DNA of 64,000 nucleotides. Source: Luminiphilus sp. (GTDB lineage: Bacteria > Pseudomonadota > Gammaproteobacteria > Pseudomonadales > Halieaceae). Made by a program: the position numbers and the translations under genes. The notes under the pieces are model-generated. The model made no database searches, was not told the DNA's origin, and saw only the letters and a list, made by a program, of their open reading frames with translations. Within the stretch, counting starts at the first letter, position 1; each line of letters starts with the position of its first letter. Below, piece after piece: positions 20,583 to 30,571 of the stretch. The stretch spans positions 183-64,182 of the forward strand of contig CBFHTF010000004.1 of NCBI GenBank assembly GCA_965658685.1, read 5' to 3'.

Positions 20583-21367
20583 TTCCCTATCCCCACATTG
20601 ACCCCGTAGCCGTTGCTTTGGGGCCGTTGAAAATCCACTGGTATGGTTTGACCTATCTGGCTGGCTTGCTGTTCGCTTGGTGGCTGGCAGTGGCTCGCAG
20701 TCAGCGGCCAGATTCTCCTGTACAGCGCCAGCATATCGATGACCTGATCTTTTATGCTGCCCTGGGTATCGTACTGGGGGGGCGCCTTGGTTATACACTG
20801 TTCTACGGCTGGGACCGCCTAGTAAGCGACCCCAGCTGGCTGATACGTGTGTGGGAAGGGGGCATGGCATTTCACGGAGGTCTTTTGGGCGTCATTGTGG
20901 CGCTGGCTTTTTTTGCCCGACGAAACGGTATTGAATTCGGTCGCTTGGCAGATTTCGTGGCACCTCTGGCCCCCGTGGGGCTCGCTCTGGGTCGACTGGG
21001 TAATTTTATAGGCCAAGAATTATGGGGTCGGCCCACCGATAGTGTTTTTGGCATGGTGTTCCCCAACGATCCACTGCAATTGGCGCGGCATCCTTCACAG
21101 CTTTATCAATTTGCCCTAGAGGGCATGTTGTTATTTGCCGTGGTGCTGTGGTTTAGCCGCAAGCCACGCCCGACCTGGTCGGTGGCGGGCCTGTTCCTGT
21201 TGGGGTACGGATGTCTGCGCTTCACAGCAGAATTTTTCCGAGAACCCGATGCCCATATTGGTTTCGACGCCTTCGGATGGCTTACCCGAGGCCAGCTATT
21301 GTGCGTGCCCATGATGGGTTTGGGCGCTTGGCTCCTGATAATGGCTTACCGCCGCTCGCAGCATTAA
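20579..21367 (+). CDS. lgt: Prolipoprotein diacylglyceryl transferase
   Basis: IDPVAVALGPLKIHWYGLTYL start, GGRLG and HPSQLYQ motifs. GTGA overlap with ptsP. Confidence 0.93.
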   Translation: MIPYPHIDPVAVALGPLKIHWYGLTYLAGLLFAWWLAVARSQRPDSPVQRQHIDDLIFYAALGIVLGGRLGYTLFYGWDRLVSDPSWLIRVWEGGMAFHGGLLGVIVALAFFARRNGIEFGRLADFVAPLAPVGLALGRLGNFIGQELWGRPTDSVFGMVFPNDPLQLARHPSQLYQFALEGMLLFAVVLWFSRKPRPTWSVAGLFLLGYGCLRFTAEFFREPDAHIGFDAFGWLTRGQLLCVPMMGLGAWLLIMAYRRSQH

Positions 21368-21390
21368 CCAACCTGATTTTTGGATGAAAC

Positions 21391-22224
21391 ATGCAAGCTT
21401 ATCTCGACCTTTTGGCCGACATTCGTGATAACGGTGTCGATCGTGGTGATCGCACTGGCACTGGCACCCGATCGGTATTCGGTCGGCAGTTGCGCTGTAA
21501 CTTAACAGAGGGCTTTCCTCTACTCACGACGAAGAAGATCCACTTCAAGAGTGTTGTCAATGAGTTACTTTGGTTCCTCAGTGGCGATACCAACACCGCC
21601 TGGTTAAAAGAGAACGGTGTGTCAATTTGGGATGAGTGGGCAACTGAGGAGGGTGATTTGGGGCCGCTCTACGGAGCGCAATGGCGTCAGTGGCCGACAC
21701 GTGACGGTGGTAGCATTGACCAGCTGCAGTACGTACTCGATTGTCTTCGACATCGCCCGGAAAGTCGGCGCATCTTATTTCACGCTTGGAATGTCGAGTA
21801 CTTACCTGACGAGGGCTTATCGCCCCAAGACAATGTTCGTGCTGGGCGTATGGCACTACCCCCTTGTCATTTGCTCTATCAATTTTATGTGGCTAATGGC
21901 GCGTTATCGACGCAGTTGTATATCCGTTCGAGCGACGTCTTCCTAGGCCTGCCTTTCAATATTGCGTCGGTTGCGTTGCTGACGCATATGTTGGCCCAGC
22001 AAGCGGGTTTACAGGTTGCCGACATCGTGGTGTCTTTGGGGGACGCCCACATCTACCACAACCACCAAGAGCAGGTGGCTCTGCAGCTGACGCGCACACC
22101 CAGCTCCCCGCCTACTTTATCGATTGTTCGACAGCCTCCGTCTTTGTTTGATTATCGATTTGAGGATTTCCAGCTCGAGGGTTACACACCACAGCCCCAT
22201 ATCCCGGCGCCGGTGGCGATATGA
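21391..22224 (+). CDS. thyA: Thymidylate synthase
   Basis: MQAYLDLL.., DRTGTGT and catalytic LPPCH motifs. Confidence 0.95.
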   Translation: MQAYLDLLADIRDNGVDRGDRTGTGTRSVFGRQLRCNLTEGFPLLTTKKIHFKSVVNELLWFLSGDTNTAWLKENGVSIWDEWATEEGDLGPLYGAQWRQWPTRDGGSIDQLQYVLDCLRHRPESRRILFHAWNVEYLPDEGLSPQDNVRAGRMALPPCHLLYQFYVANGALSTQLYIRSSDVFLGLPFNIASVALLTHMLAQQAGLQVADIVVSLGDAHIYHNHQEQVALQLTRTPSSPPTLSIVRQPPSLFDYRFEDFQLEGYTPQPHIPAPVAI

Positions 22225-22736
22225 CAGATAGCAAGCTGCCCATCGTTATGGTTTTGGCTGTGGCCGATAACGGCGTGATCGGACGTAACAACGCTCTGCC
22301 ATGGGATTTGCCCGACGATTTGCGTCACTTCAAGCGAACTACCCTAGGCTGTCCAGTGCTCATGGGCCGAAAAACCTTCGAGTCGGTGGGACGCCCACTG
22401 CCGGGGCGGACCAATATTGTGCTCACACGCGATCTCCACTGGCGCGCACCTGGGGTCGAACCTGTTCAGAATCTGGACGGCGCTGTGGAGCGCGCGCAAC
22501 AGCAGGCATTGATTGATGATGCTCGGGCACTCTATGTTATTGGCGGTGCTGAGATTTATCGTCAGGCGCTGAGTATCGCCGACGACATTATCGTCACCCG
22601 CGTCCACGGGGTGGTCAGCGGCGATGCTACCTTCGACCTAGGTCTCTTAGAGGGCTGGCGCGAGGTTGATCGGCAAGATTTTGCTGCTGGCGACCGCAAC
22701 AGCCACGCTTTCAGTATTGTGCATCTCAAGCGATGA
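22221..22736 (+). CDS. folA: Dihydrofolate reductase
   Basis: [31 protein letters not shown] and IGGAEIY motifs. ATGA overlap with thyA. Confidence 0.93.
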   Translation: MTDSKLPIVMVLAVADNGVIGRNNALPWDLPDDLRHFKRTTLGCPVLMGRKTFESVGRPLPGRTNIVLTRDLHWRAPGVEPVQNLDGAVERAQQQALIDDARALYVIGGAEIYRQALSIADDIIVTRVHGVVSGDATFDLGLLEGWREVDRQDFAAGDRNSHAFSIVHLKR

Positions 22737-22949
22737 CGATAGTCTCCGAATTGTTGAGACATCACTGACGGAAATGATGAATTTGCTTGCAGGTTATGGA
22801 CTCGGTTACTCTGGCGTTTCAAAACTTGCGCGATTCAAGTCATAAGCTATAAGTCATCAGCGCGAAACATCAACTCTGTTCAATGCAGCGGGTGGGGCCC
22901 CACAGCGTCCTGCCACAGGTTTTTGTCCACTAGAGGAATTACCGACCCC

Positions 22950-23732
22950 ATGACTACGCAACGATTTAAAACTGTTCTGCTCGCGGCCTGTGTCGCCGGC
23001 GGCGCCCTGGGTGTCGCAGCTTCCACCAGCGCCCAGTCCCTCGATGCCATTTTGGATGTGGGCAAGGCGCGGACCGCTGAAGCGCGCAGCTCACAGGCCA
23101 AAATCGATCGACTGGCCGACGAAACCCGCGATCTGCTTGCTGACTACAAGACCGTTATGAAGCAAATCGACGGTCTGAAGGTATACAACGCCCGACTAGA
23201 GCGCCAGATTGCCAACCAGAACGCCCGTATCGCTGATATTGACGAGTCGATTTCGGAAGCGGCGGTTATTCAACGTCAAATCCCACCGTTGGTGGTACGT
23301 ATGCTCGATGGCCTTGAGCAGTTTGTGCAGTTCGATATGCCATTCGATCTGGACACGCGCATGGGTAACATTGAAGCGGTACGCAATAATCTCGATCGTT
23401 CTGACGTGACTTCCGCTGAAGCTTTCCGCCAGGTGCTCGAGCTCTACTCGATCGAATTGCAATACGGCCGCGGTATTGAATCCTACAGCGACACTATCGA
23501 AGTGAACGGCTCAGAGCGTGAGGTCGATATTTTGCGTATTGGCCGCGTCGCCCTGATTTACCAAACCACTGACGGTGCAGAGACCGGTGCCTGGAATAAG
23601 GACACCCAGAGCTGGGATGCCCTGCCCGCTGGTGATTATGCAAGTGCAGTACGCAAGGGCGTTCGCATTGCCAAGAAACAAGCCACTATTGAATTGTTGA
23701 ACATGCCCGTAGCGGCTCCGGAGGCCAACTAA
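22950..23732 (+). CDS. DUF3450-type periplasmic coiled-coil protein (TtpB-like, TonB2-system accessory)
   Basis: Signal peptide MTTQRFKTVLLAACVAGGALGVAASTSAQS, then a long coiled coil. First gene of a cluster matching the Vibrio TonB2 order ttpB-ttpC-exbB-exbD-tonB-ttpD. Confidence 0.7.
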   Translation: MTTQRFKTVLLAACVAGGALGVAASTSAQSLDAILDVGKARTAEARSSQAKIDRLADETRDLLADYKTVMKQIDGLKVYNARLERQIANQNARIADIDESISEAAVIQRQIPPLVVRMLDGLEQFVQFDMPFDLDTRMGNIEAVRNNLDRSDVTSAEAFRQVLELYSIELQYGRGIESYSDTIEVNGSEREVDILRIGRVALIYQTTDGAETGAWNKDTQSWDALPAGDYASAVRKGVRIAKKQATIELLNMPVAAPEAN

Positions 23733-23733
23733 A

Positions 23734-25155
23734 ATGACTGCCCAGTTTGTTAAAGCTTCAGCCCTGCTTGTCATTGGTGCGCTGGCATCTGTTGGCGCGT
23801 CGGCCCAAGATCCCGCTCCAGAAGTGCCCGCGGGACCCACGCCCCAGGAAATTGCCGCTGAAAATATGAATCAGCTACTCGATTTGGTGAAGCAGGGCAA
23901 AACCCGTGCCGCCGTCGAGAACGCTGCACGCGAAAAGCGTTTTGTGCAAAACAAGGCCAATCAGGCCGCTGAGTTGAAGCGAGCCGAGCAAGAGCGGGCC
24001 AATGAGGAGGCGCGTTCCTCTCGTCTCGAGAAGCAGTTCGAGGACAACGAATTGCTTATTGCCGCCAAGCAAGAGCAGCTGAAAGAGCGTCTTGGTACGC
24101 TGTCAGAGCTGTTTGGTCATCTCACCGCAGCGTCTGGTGACTTGGCATCAAACATTGAAGTGTCGTTGGTATCCTCTGAGTATCCAGACCGCGAAGGTTT
24201 CCTCAAGGATCTCATTGCAAAAATGAGCGGCTCAGACAAGTTGCCCAAGGTGACGGAAATTGAGCGCGTTTGGTACGAAATGCTTCGTGAGATTAAAGAG
24301 CAAGGTTCGATATCAAAATTTACTGCAGCGGTTGCTACCCCGTCGGGTGAGATTGGTGAGCGTGAAGTGGTTCGGATCGGTGCATTTAATGTTATCGACA
24401 CCAGCGGCCAATACTTAGCTTACAACAACGGCAAGCTCAGTGAGCTTCCCCGTCAACCCGGTGGTGGCTACAACGCTGAAGCCACAGCTCTGGCCAACGC
24501 CAGCTCAGGCCTGCATCAGTTTGGTATCGACCCTACTGGGCCTACAGGCGGTTCGTTCCTAGCGGCCATCATCGACAGTCCCACTCTTGAAGAACGCTGG
24601 CATCAGGGCGGTTACGTGGGTTGTGCCATTACAGCCGTCGGTGCGTTTGCTTTCTTGCTGGCCATCTTCCGGTTGTTAGTGCTCACCATGGTGAGCGGTA
24701 AGGTGAGCTCGCAGTTGAAGTCGGGCACGGCCAATACCAACAACCCCTTGGGTCGCGTGCTGAAAATTCACGAGGACAACCCAGGCATGGATCCCGAGAC
24801 CCTGGAGCTCAAGATGGCCGAGGGCGTATTGAAAGAGACACCCAAGCTCGAGGCTGGTTTGACTCTGCTCAAAATCATTGCTGCGGTGGCGCCTCTTATG
24901 GGACTGCTGGGTACCGTGACCGGTATGATTATCACCTTCCAAGCCATCACCATCTTTGGTGCAGGGGATCCTAAGGCCATGGCCGGTGGTATTTCGGGCG
25001 CGCTGGTAACTACCGTACTCGGTCTGTTGGTGGCTATCCCCACTGTTCTTTTGCACACCGTGGTTAATGGTCGTTCGCAGCGCATCATTCATATTTTGAA
25101 TGAGCAGGCCACGGGTATTGTTGCCGAGCACGCCGAGCGCGCACACAAACAGTAA
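23734..25155 (+). CDS. Long MotA/TolQ/ExbB-family proton channel protein (TtpC-like)
   Basis: About 270-aa N-terminal periplasmic/coiled-coil part, then a MotA/ExbB core with LMGLLGTVTGMIITFQAI and ALVTTVLGLLVAIP helices. Confidence 0.8.
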   Translation: MTAQFVKASALLVIGALASVGASAQDPAPEVPAGPTPQEIAAENMNQLLDLVKQGKTRAAVENAAREKRFVQNKANQAAELKRAEQERANEEARSSRLEKQFEDNELLIAAKQEQLKERLGTLSELFGHLTAASGDLASNIEVSLVSSEYPDREGFLKDLIAKMSGSDKLPKVTEIERVWYEMLREIKEQGSISKFTAAVATPSGEIGEREVVRIGAFNVIDTSGQYLAYNNGKLSELPRQPGGGYNAEATALANASSGLHQFGIDPTGPTGGSFLAAIIDSPTLEERWHQGGYVGCAITAVGAFAFLLAIFRLLVLTMVSGKVSSQLKSGTANTNNPLGRVLKIHEDNPGMDPETLELKMAEGVLKETPKLEAGLTLLKIIAAVAPLMGLLGTVTGMIITFQAITIFGAGDPKAMAGGISGALVTTVLGLLVAIPTVLLHTVVNGRSQRIIHILNEQATGIVAEHAERAHKQ

Positions 25156-25179
25156 TCCACGGGCGAAGAGGACCGATCC

Positions 25180-25698
25180 ATGTCGGTAATAATTGAAGCC
25201 GTTCTCAACTTTATGGACAAAGGTGGGGACGTTCTCTGGCTGATCGCCGCACTGGTGTTCTTTATGTGGACACTTATTTTTGAGCGGTTGTATTACTTTT
25301 CAGCCTCTTGGAAGAAGGACCGCGCCCAGGTGGTTGCTAATTGGGAACAGCGCGGCGAGCGCCGTTCCTGGAATGCCAAGCAGGTGCGCATGAAGTTGCT
25401 TTCGAGCAGCCGCGAGTTGATTAATGACAATATGGCTGTCATTACTACCTGCGTTGCTTTGTGCCCACTGCTAGGTCTTCTTGGTACGGTCACGGGCATG
25501 ATCGAGGTCTTTAACGTGATGGCGGTGACCGGCGGTGGTGATGCCAAGTCAATGGCTGGTGGTGTCGAGAAATCGACGATTCCGACCATGGCCGGCATGG
25601 TTGCAGCCCTTTCAGGGCTCTTCGCCAACACCTATCTGCAGCGCATTGCTGCCCGGGAACAACAGTTCCTGGAGGATCAACTCACATCCGATCATTGA
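25180..25698 (+). CDS. exbB: ExbB/TolQ-family proton channel protein
   Basis: 172 aa with 3 hydrophobic helices and LLGLLGTVTGMIEVF signature. Confidence 0.85.
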   Translation: MSVIIEAVLNFMDKGGDVLWLIAALVFFMWTLIFERLYYFSASWKKDRAQVVANWEQRGERRSWNAKQVRMKLLSSSRELINDNMAVITTCVALCPLLGLLGTVTGMIEVFNVMAVTGGGDAKSMAGGVEKSTIPTMAGMVAALSGLFANTYLQRIAAREQQFLEDQLTSDH

Positions 25699-25724
25699 TC
25701 GGATGTTTGGAGGAATAAGTATCC

Positions 25725-26132
25725 ATGCGCAGAATTGCGAAAGAACAGGATCAAGGTGGCGCCGAGATCGACTTAACACCCATGCTCGATGTGGTGTTCA
25801 TCATGTTGATTTTCTTCATCGTGGTGGCGTCATTTATCAAAGAAGCGGGGATTGAGGTTAATCGACCTGACAACAATCAACAGTCCGATCCCAATGACTC
25901 GGTCAGCATCGTTGTTGAGATCGCTTCGGACGGACAGATTTGGATGGAAAATCGCCGAGTCGATGTGCGTGCCGTGCGTGCAAATATTCAACGATTTCTC
26001 GCCGAAGATCCGGAGGCACCGCTCACTATTAAGGTGGAAAAGGGCGCTAAGTCGGGTGTTGTAGTCGATGTTGCTGATGCCGCGCGCGAGGCTGGTGTCG
26101 GTGCAGTGAATTGGGCGAGTGCCGGGGGTTGA
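25725..26132 (+). CDS. exbD: ExbD/TolR-family protein, copy 1
   Basis: EIDLTPMLDVVFIMLIFFIVV signature helix. Confidence 0.85.
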   Translation: MRRIAKEQDQGGAEIDLTPMLDVVFIMLIFFIVVASFIKEAGIEVNRPDNNQQSDPNDSVSIVVEIASDGQIWMENRRVDVRAVRANIQRFLAEDPEAPLTIKVEKGAKSGVVVDVADAAREAGVGAVNWASAGG

Positions 26133-26136
26133 TGAC

Positions 26137-26562
26137 ATGAGTATGCGAGATCAGGCCCAGCGGCCTTCAGCCGCGTCCCAGCAAGATGGCAGTCAAATTG
26201 ATTTGACGCCAATGCTCGACGTGGTCTTCATTATGCTGATCTTCTTTATTGTGACTTCGTCCTTTGTGAAGGAGCCAGGTATAGAAATTTTCAAGCCCCA
26301 GGCCACCACAACCGAAGCCTGTGAACGTGGCACCATTATCTTTGCTGTGGATTCACGTGGAGATATCTATTACAACAAAGATAAGGTACCGGTGGAGCGC
26401 TCACTACGCGTTGCTGAGGCTGCGAAAAAGGAAGCACCTCAGGCCAATGTGGTCATCCAGGTAGACCGCGATACGCCAGCATTTGCGGTCGAAAAGTTGA
26501 TCGATACGGTGCGTCCAGCGCTGTCAGCGCCCCCCTGTATCTCTACTGACGATGAGGCTTAA
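26137..26562 (+). CDS. exbD: ExbD/TolR-family protein, copy 2
   Basis: QIDLTPMLDVVFIMLIFFIVT signature helix. ATG at 26137 is 8 nt after GGGGG; the ORF-track GTG at 26119 overlaps copy 1. Confidence 0.8.
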   Translation: MSMRDQAQRPSAASQQDGSQIDLTPMLDVVFIMLIFFIVTSSFVKEPGIEIFKPQATTTEACERGTIIFAVDSRGDIYYNKDKVPVERSLRVAEAAKKEAPQANVVIQVDRDTPAFAVEKLIDTVRPALSAPPCISTDDEA

Positions 26563-26567
26563 TCGTA

Positions 26568-27170
26568 ATGGGTAGTGCAATTCGCATAGTTCTCGGTGGC
26601 GTACTGGCGATTCCAGTCGCTATTGGCTTGTTCTACATTATGCAGAGCTTGGTTGACCGCGATTACGAGCAGGAAGAGACCAAGAGTCGAAAAATCGCCG
26701 ATATCGTTGTTCCCGATAAGGTGATTGAGACCAACTTGAAGGAAGTCAAACCTGAGAAGGTTGAAGAGCCTGAAGAACCACCACCAGAGCTTGAGCCCCT
26801 CGATTTTGATACTGATGTTGAAATGAACGCGGTCAACATGGCGCCGAACGCGGACGTAAGCCTAAAGCTCAGCTCGTCTGGCATGTCATCGGGTGACGGA
26901 GAGTATCTGCCGATTGTGAAGGTGGCCCCCATTTATCCGCGTCGGGCTCAAACCCGGGGTATTACGGGTTATTGCATCGTCGAGTACACAGTGACCAAGT
27001 CGGGCTCAATCCGTGACCCTCAAGCGGTCGACTGCCAACCTCAGGGTATATTCGAGCGAGCTTCCGTGAAGGCAGCTGCGAAGTTCAAATATAAGCCGCG
27101 AGTGGTTGATGGCGAGCCCATTGAGGTAGCTGGTGTGCAAAACAAATTCACTTATGAACTTGAAAAATAA
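26568..27170 (+). CDS. tonB: TonB-family energy transducer
   Basis: N-terminal anchor helix, Pro/Glu-rich spacer EKVEEPEEPPPELEP, and a C-terminal TonB domain YPRRAQTRGITGYCIVEYTV...FKYKP. Confidence 0.85.
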   Translation: MGSAIRIVLGGVLAIPVAIGLFYIMQSLVDRDYEQEETKSRKIADIVVPDKVIETNLKEVKPEKVEEPEEPPPELEPLDFDTDVEMNAVNMAPNADVSLKLSSSGMSSGDGEYLPIVKVAPIYPRRAQTRGITGYCIVEYTVTKSGSIRDPQAVDCQPQGIFERASVKAAAKFKYKPRVVDGEPIEVAGVQNKFTYELEK

Positions 27171-27195
27171 CGCTTGCGTTCTGGAGGTTGTACCG

Positions 27196-28485
27196 ATGAT
27201 CAAACAGATCTTTACTACATCGGCGCTTGCTCTGGCGGTATCTGTTGCCAGCGTTGCTCTCGATCGAATAGCGCCAGGGTTAGGGTTGTCGAGTACTGCA
27301 CAAGCGCAAGATGAAGGTGCGAAGAAAGAGCGAGAGACTCGCCGTACCCCGGCGCTTCGTAATAAAGTCTACGAGAAACTCGCCGAGGCACAAACCGCTG
27401 CTGAAGCCAAAGACTACACTACCGCTAAAGCTGTTCTCAACGAGATGATTGCAGGCGAAGGTAAGCGAGCGCTGAACAGTTATGAGCTCGCTAACGTGTA
27501 CAACTTGTATGCGTTCTTGTCTTACTCGGAAGAAGATTTCGATGGCGCTTTAAAGTACTACGAGGAAGTGGTTGCCCAGCCAGATATTCCGCTGGCCATG
27601 GAAATCAATACCAAATTCACCATTGCTCAGTTGTATTTCGTGCAAGAGAAGTGGCAAAAGGGTATTGATGCGCTAAAAGCGTGGTTTGCGCTCACGGATA
27701 AACCCAACGCCAATGCTTATGTCTTGTTGTCGCAAGGTTACTACCAGACTAAGCAGTACGATTTGGCCCTCGATAACGTCGAAACCGCGATCAAGATGTA
27801 CGAAGACGAGGGCAAGCTTCCTAAAGAGCAATGGTACAACTTAGCTCGTTTCCTCTACTTCGATCGTGGTGATGTCGATAACGCACTAGCCACACTGCAA
27901 ATTCTGTTGAAGTATTACCCCAAGAAGCAATATTGGGTGCAGGCTTCTCACCTATACGGTGAGAAGAAAGACGATGCGCGTCAACTGGCGATGATGGAGA
28001 CGGCTTACGAGCAGGGCATGCTCGATAAGAGCACGGACCTCGTCACCATGGCGTATCTATATTTAAACGCTGAAGTACCTTTCCCAGCGGCGCGCGTGAT
28101 GGAAAAGGGCTTTGCTGACGAAATCGTTGAAGACAAGTCAAAGAACTACGAGCTGGCAGGCAACGCTTGGCGCCAAGCGCAAGAGACTGAAAAGTCGATT
28201 CCAATGATGGAAAAAGCGGCTGCCAAATCCGAGGAGGGTGAATTGTTTGCTCGCCTTGGCAACGTCTATCTTGATGGTGACCAGAACGAAAAAGCCGTAG
28301 AAGCCGTACGCAAGGGTCTGGCGAAGGGTGGTGTCAAACGACCCGATCAGGCACGTCTAGTGATGGGAATGGCGTATTTTAACCTGGGTAATTATGAAGA
28401 GGCGCGCAAAGCATTTCGTGCGGCCGCCAAAGACGACCGCTCGAAAAAATACGCCCAGCAATGGTTACAGTACATTTCCAGTTAG
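27196..28485 (+). CDS. Periplasmic TPR-repeat protein (TtpD-like)
   Basis: Signal peptide MIKQIFTTSALALAVSVASVAL.. and multiple TPR-like repeats. GGAGG Shine-Dalgarno before ATG 27196. Last gene of the TonB cluster. Confidence 0.75.
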   Translation: MIKQIFTTSALALAVSVASVALDRIAPGLGLSSTAQAQDEGAKKERETRRTPALRNKVYEKLAEAQTAAEAKDYTTAKAVLNEMIAGEGKRALNSYELANVYNLYAFLSYSEEDFDGALKYYEEVVAQPDIPLAMEINTKFTIAQLYFVQEKWQKGIDALKAWFALTDKPNANAYVLLSQGYYQTKQYDLALDNVETAIKMYEDEGKLPKEQWYNLARFLYFDRGDVDNALATLQILLKYYPKKQYWVQASHLYGEKKDDARQLAMMETAYEQGMLDKSTDLVTMAYLYLNAEVPFPAARVMEKGFADEIVEDKSKNYELAGNAWRQAQETEKSIPMMEKAAAKSEEGELFARLGNVYLDGDQNEKAVEAVRKGLAKGGVKRPDQARLVMGMAYFNLGNYEEARKAFRAAAKDDRSKKYAQQWLQYISS

Positions 28486-28575
28486 CAGGAACGTCAGGCT
28501 CAATTGCAAAAAGACGTTTAAGGTCTTCGCTACATACAGTTTATCGCTAACTGTGACCGACTAAAAAAGGCGAAT

Positions 28576-28607
28576 AAAAAAAGGGGCTTCACTTGAAGCC
28601 CCTTTTT
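28576..28607. terminator. Bidirectional Rho-independent terminator
   Basis: A7 - GGGGCTTC - actt - GAAGCCCC - T5 between convergent TtpD-like and cspA genes. A second hairpin, AATGTGCT..AGCACATT plus ATTTTT, follows at about 28608-28640. Confidence 0.75.
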
Positions 28608-28685
28608 AATGTGCTATTTACCGCTTTAGCACATTATTTTTGCGTGTGTCCGGAGGGGACACATCAACCCGTAGGTTGAATGGCC

Positions 28686-28892
28686 TTAAACAGGAACGAC
28701 GTTCTCTGCTTGTGGGCCTTTTTGGCCGGTAGCCACCGTAAACTGTACCTTCTGGCCATCGGTAAGGGTTTTGAAGCCGTCACCTTGAATAGCGCTGAAG
28801 TGAACGAATACGTCGGGTCCGCCGTCTTGCTCAATAAATCCGTAACCCTTGGTTTCGTTGAACCACTTTACGGTGCCAGTAACTTGTGCCAT
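28686..28892 (-). CDS. cspA: Cold-shock protein, CspA family
   Basis: 68 aa; [15 protein letters not shown] (RNP1) and DVFVHFSAI (RNP2). Confidence 0.95.
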   Translation of the reverse strand: MAQVTGTVKWFNETKGYGFIEQDGGPDVFVHFSAIQGDGFKTLTDGQKVQFTVATGQKGPQAENVVPV

Positions 28893-29100
28893 TTCATATT
28901 TACCTGTGTTGCTGAATTACGACTCATCACGAGATGAGTGACTTGCGCTTGATGGGACTTACACCGTAGACCTGTGGACTGCGACGTCGACAAAAAGCAG
29001 TGTTGGAAAACAACCAACCTTTTTAGTGTAGCACTTGACGAAACTATCAGCGCTTTTTATTTGCGAAATAATCCGCTCAAAAAGCCTCTCTGATGGCCCA
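28893..29100 (-). promoter_or_regulatory. csp promoter and long 5' leader (approximate)
   Basis: About 210-bp AT-richer spacer between the pyk stop and the csp start. Contains an A/T-rich stretch and a TACACT -10-like hexamer near 29025-29035 (minus strand). Long structured leaders are typical of cspA-family genes. Boundaries not determined. Confidence 0.35.
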
Positions 29101-29106
29101 AAGCGG

Positions 29107-30561
29107 CTACACCACCTCCAGAATTTTGAGCATGTTGGTTTTTCCCGCCTGCCCCATAGCACTACCCATGGTGAGCATGAGGTAGTCTCCGCGGGCAATA
29201 AAACCACCATCGAGTAAAAACTCCGCTACGCGGGCTTCCAAATCGGCCGCATCAAAAGCAGTGACATCGAAATACAGTGGTATGACACCGCGGCATAAGG
29301 CCAATCGCTGTAACGTCTTTGGCTGTCGGCTCAACCCGAAAATAGGTAGCCCCGAACTCAATCGCGACATCATCGTGGGTGTCGAACCGGCCTCGGTAAG
29401 CGATGCAATACCGCGTACGCCGGGGAAGTGGTTGGCACCATACATGGCACTGAGGGCAATCGTCTCAGGCGCGCTATGGAATTCTCTATGAAGCCGATAG
29501 CGAGACGTTCTGGCAACTGGGTGGCGCTCGGCGCCCAAGGCAGACTCTGCCATTGCTGTGACGACCTCTACGGGATACTGACCCACCGCCGTCTCCGCCG
29601 ATAGCATGACGGCATCGGTACCATCGAGCACCGCATTTGCCACGTCGAACACCTCGGCGCGCGTCGGCATACTGTTGGAGATCATGGACTCCATCATTTG
29701 TGTGGCTGTAATGACGAGACGGTCCAGTTGGCGGGTGCGAGAAATGAGGTCTTTCTGGATGCCAATCAGCTGCGCGTCGCCAACCTCTACGCCCAAATCG
29801 CCCCGCGCTACCATGATTCCGTCGGAAGCACTGATGATACTGTCGAGTAGCTCGGCATCTGCGACGACCTCGGCACGCTCAATTTTAGCGATGATAGCGG
29901 GTGCCAGCCCCACATCTGCCAACAGCTGCTTTGCTTGATCGATGTCCCCACGGTTGGACACAAACGATACTGCCACGAAGTCGGGCTCTACGGCGGGCAT
30001 ACCTGCAATATCACGTAAATCCTTCTCGGTGAGCGCTGGAGCCGCAAGGCCCCCGCCTAATTTGTTGACCCCTTTGCGCGACGACAGCTTACCGCCCACC
30101 AGGACCGTGCAGTCAACCGCCCGCGGTGTTACATCGTCCACGCGCAAACGCAACTTGCCGTCGTCTAACAACAATATATCGTCGACCACAACTTGCTCGG
30201 GTAGCGGCGTGTACTCCACCCCCACTCGGCGGCTGTCGCCTGCTTCAGCATCTACATCGAGGCTTAAACAGAAAGGGTCGCCTGCCACCAGATTCACCGA
30301 ATTATCACGAAAGCCGCTGATCCGAATTTTTGGCCCCTGTAAGTCCGCAAGAATCCCCACATACCGACCAATCTGCTGGCTTTGTTTGCGGATATGCGCA
30401 GCCACTTTAGCGTGGTTATCGGCACTGCCATGGCTAAAGTTCAACCTAAAGACATCGACGCCCGCCTGAATCAATCGCGCGAGCATATCGGGGCTGTCAC
30501 TGCCGGGTCCGACGGTGGCGACAATTTTTGTGCGGCGATGGATCTTCAAGGATTGGCTCAC
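29107..30561 (-). CDS. pyk: Pyruvate kinase
   Basis: RRTKIVATVGPG, FRLNFSHG and MVARGDLGVE motifs. Confidence 0.93.
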   Translation of the reverse strand: MSQSLKIHRRTKIVATVGPGSDSPDMLARLIQAGVDVFRLNFSHGSADNHAKVAAHIRKQSQQIGRYVGILADLQGPKIRISGFRDNSVNLVAGDPFCLSLDVDAEAGDSRRVGVEYTPLPEQVVVDDILLLDDGKLRLRVDDVTPRAVDCTVLVGGKLSSRKGVNKLGGGLAAPALTEKDLRDIAGMPAVEPDFVAVSFVSNRGDIDQAKQLLADVGLAPAIIAKIERAEVVADAELLDSIISASDGIMVARGDLGVEVGDAQLIGIQKDLISRTRQLDRLVITATQMMESMISNSMPTRAEVFDVANAVLDGTDAVMLSAETAVGQYPVEVVTAMAESALGAERHPVARTSRYRLHREFHSAPETIALSAMYGANHFPGVRGIASLTEAGSTPTMMSRLSSGLPIFGLSRQPKTLQRLALCRGVIPLYFDVTAFDAADLEARVAEFLLDGGFIARGDYLMLTMGSAMGQAGKTNMLKILEVV

Positions 30562-30571
30562 AAATGAACTC

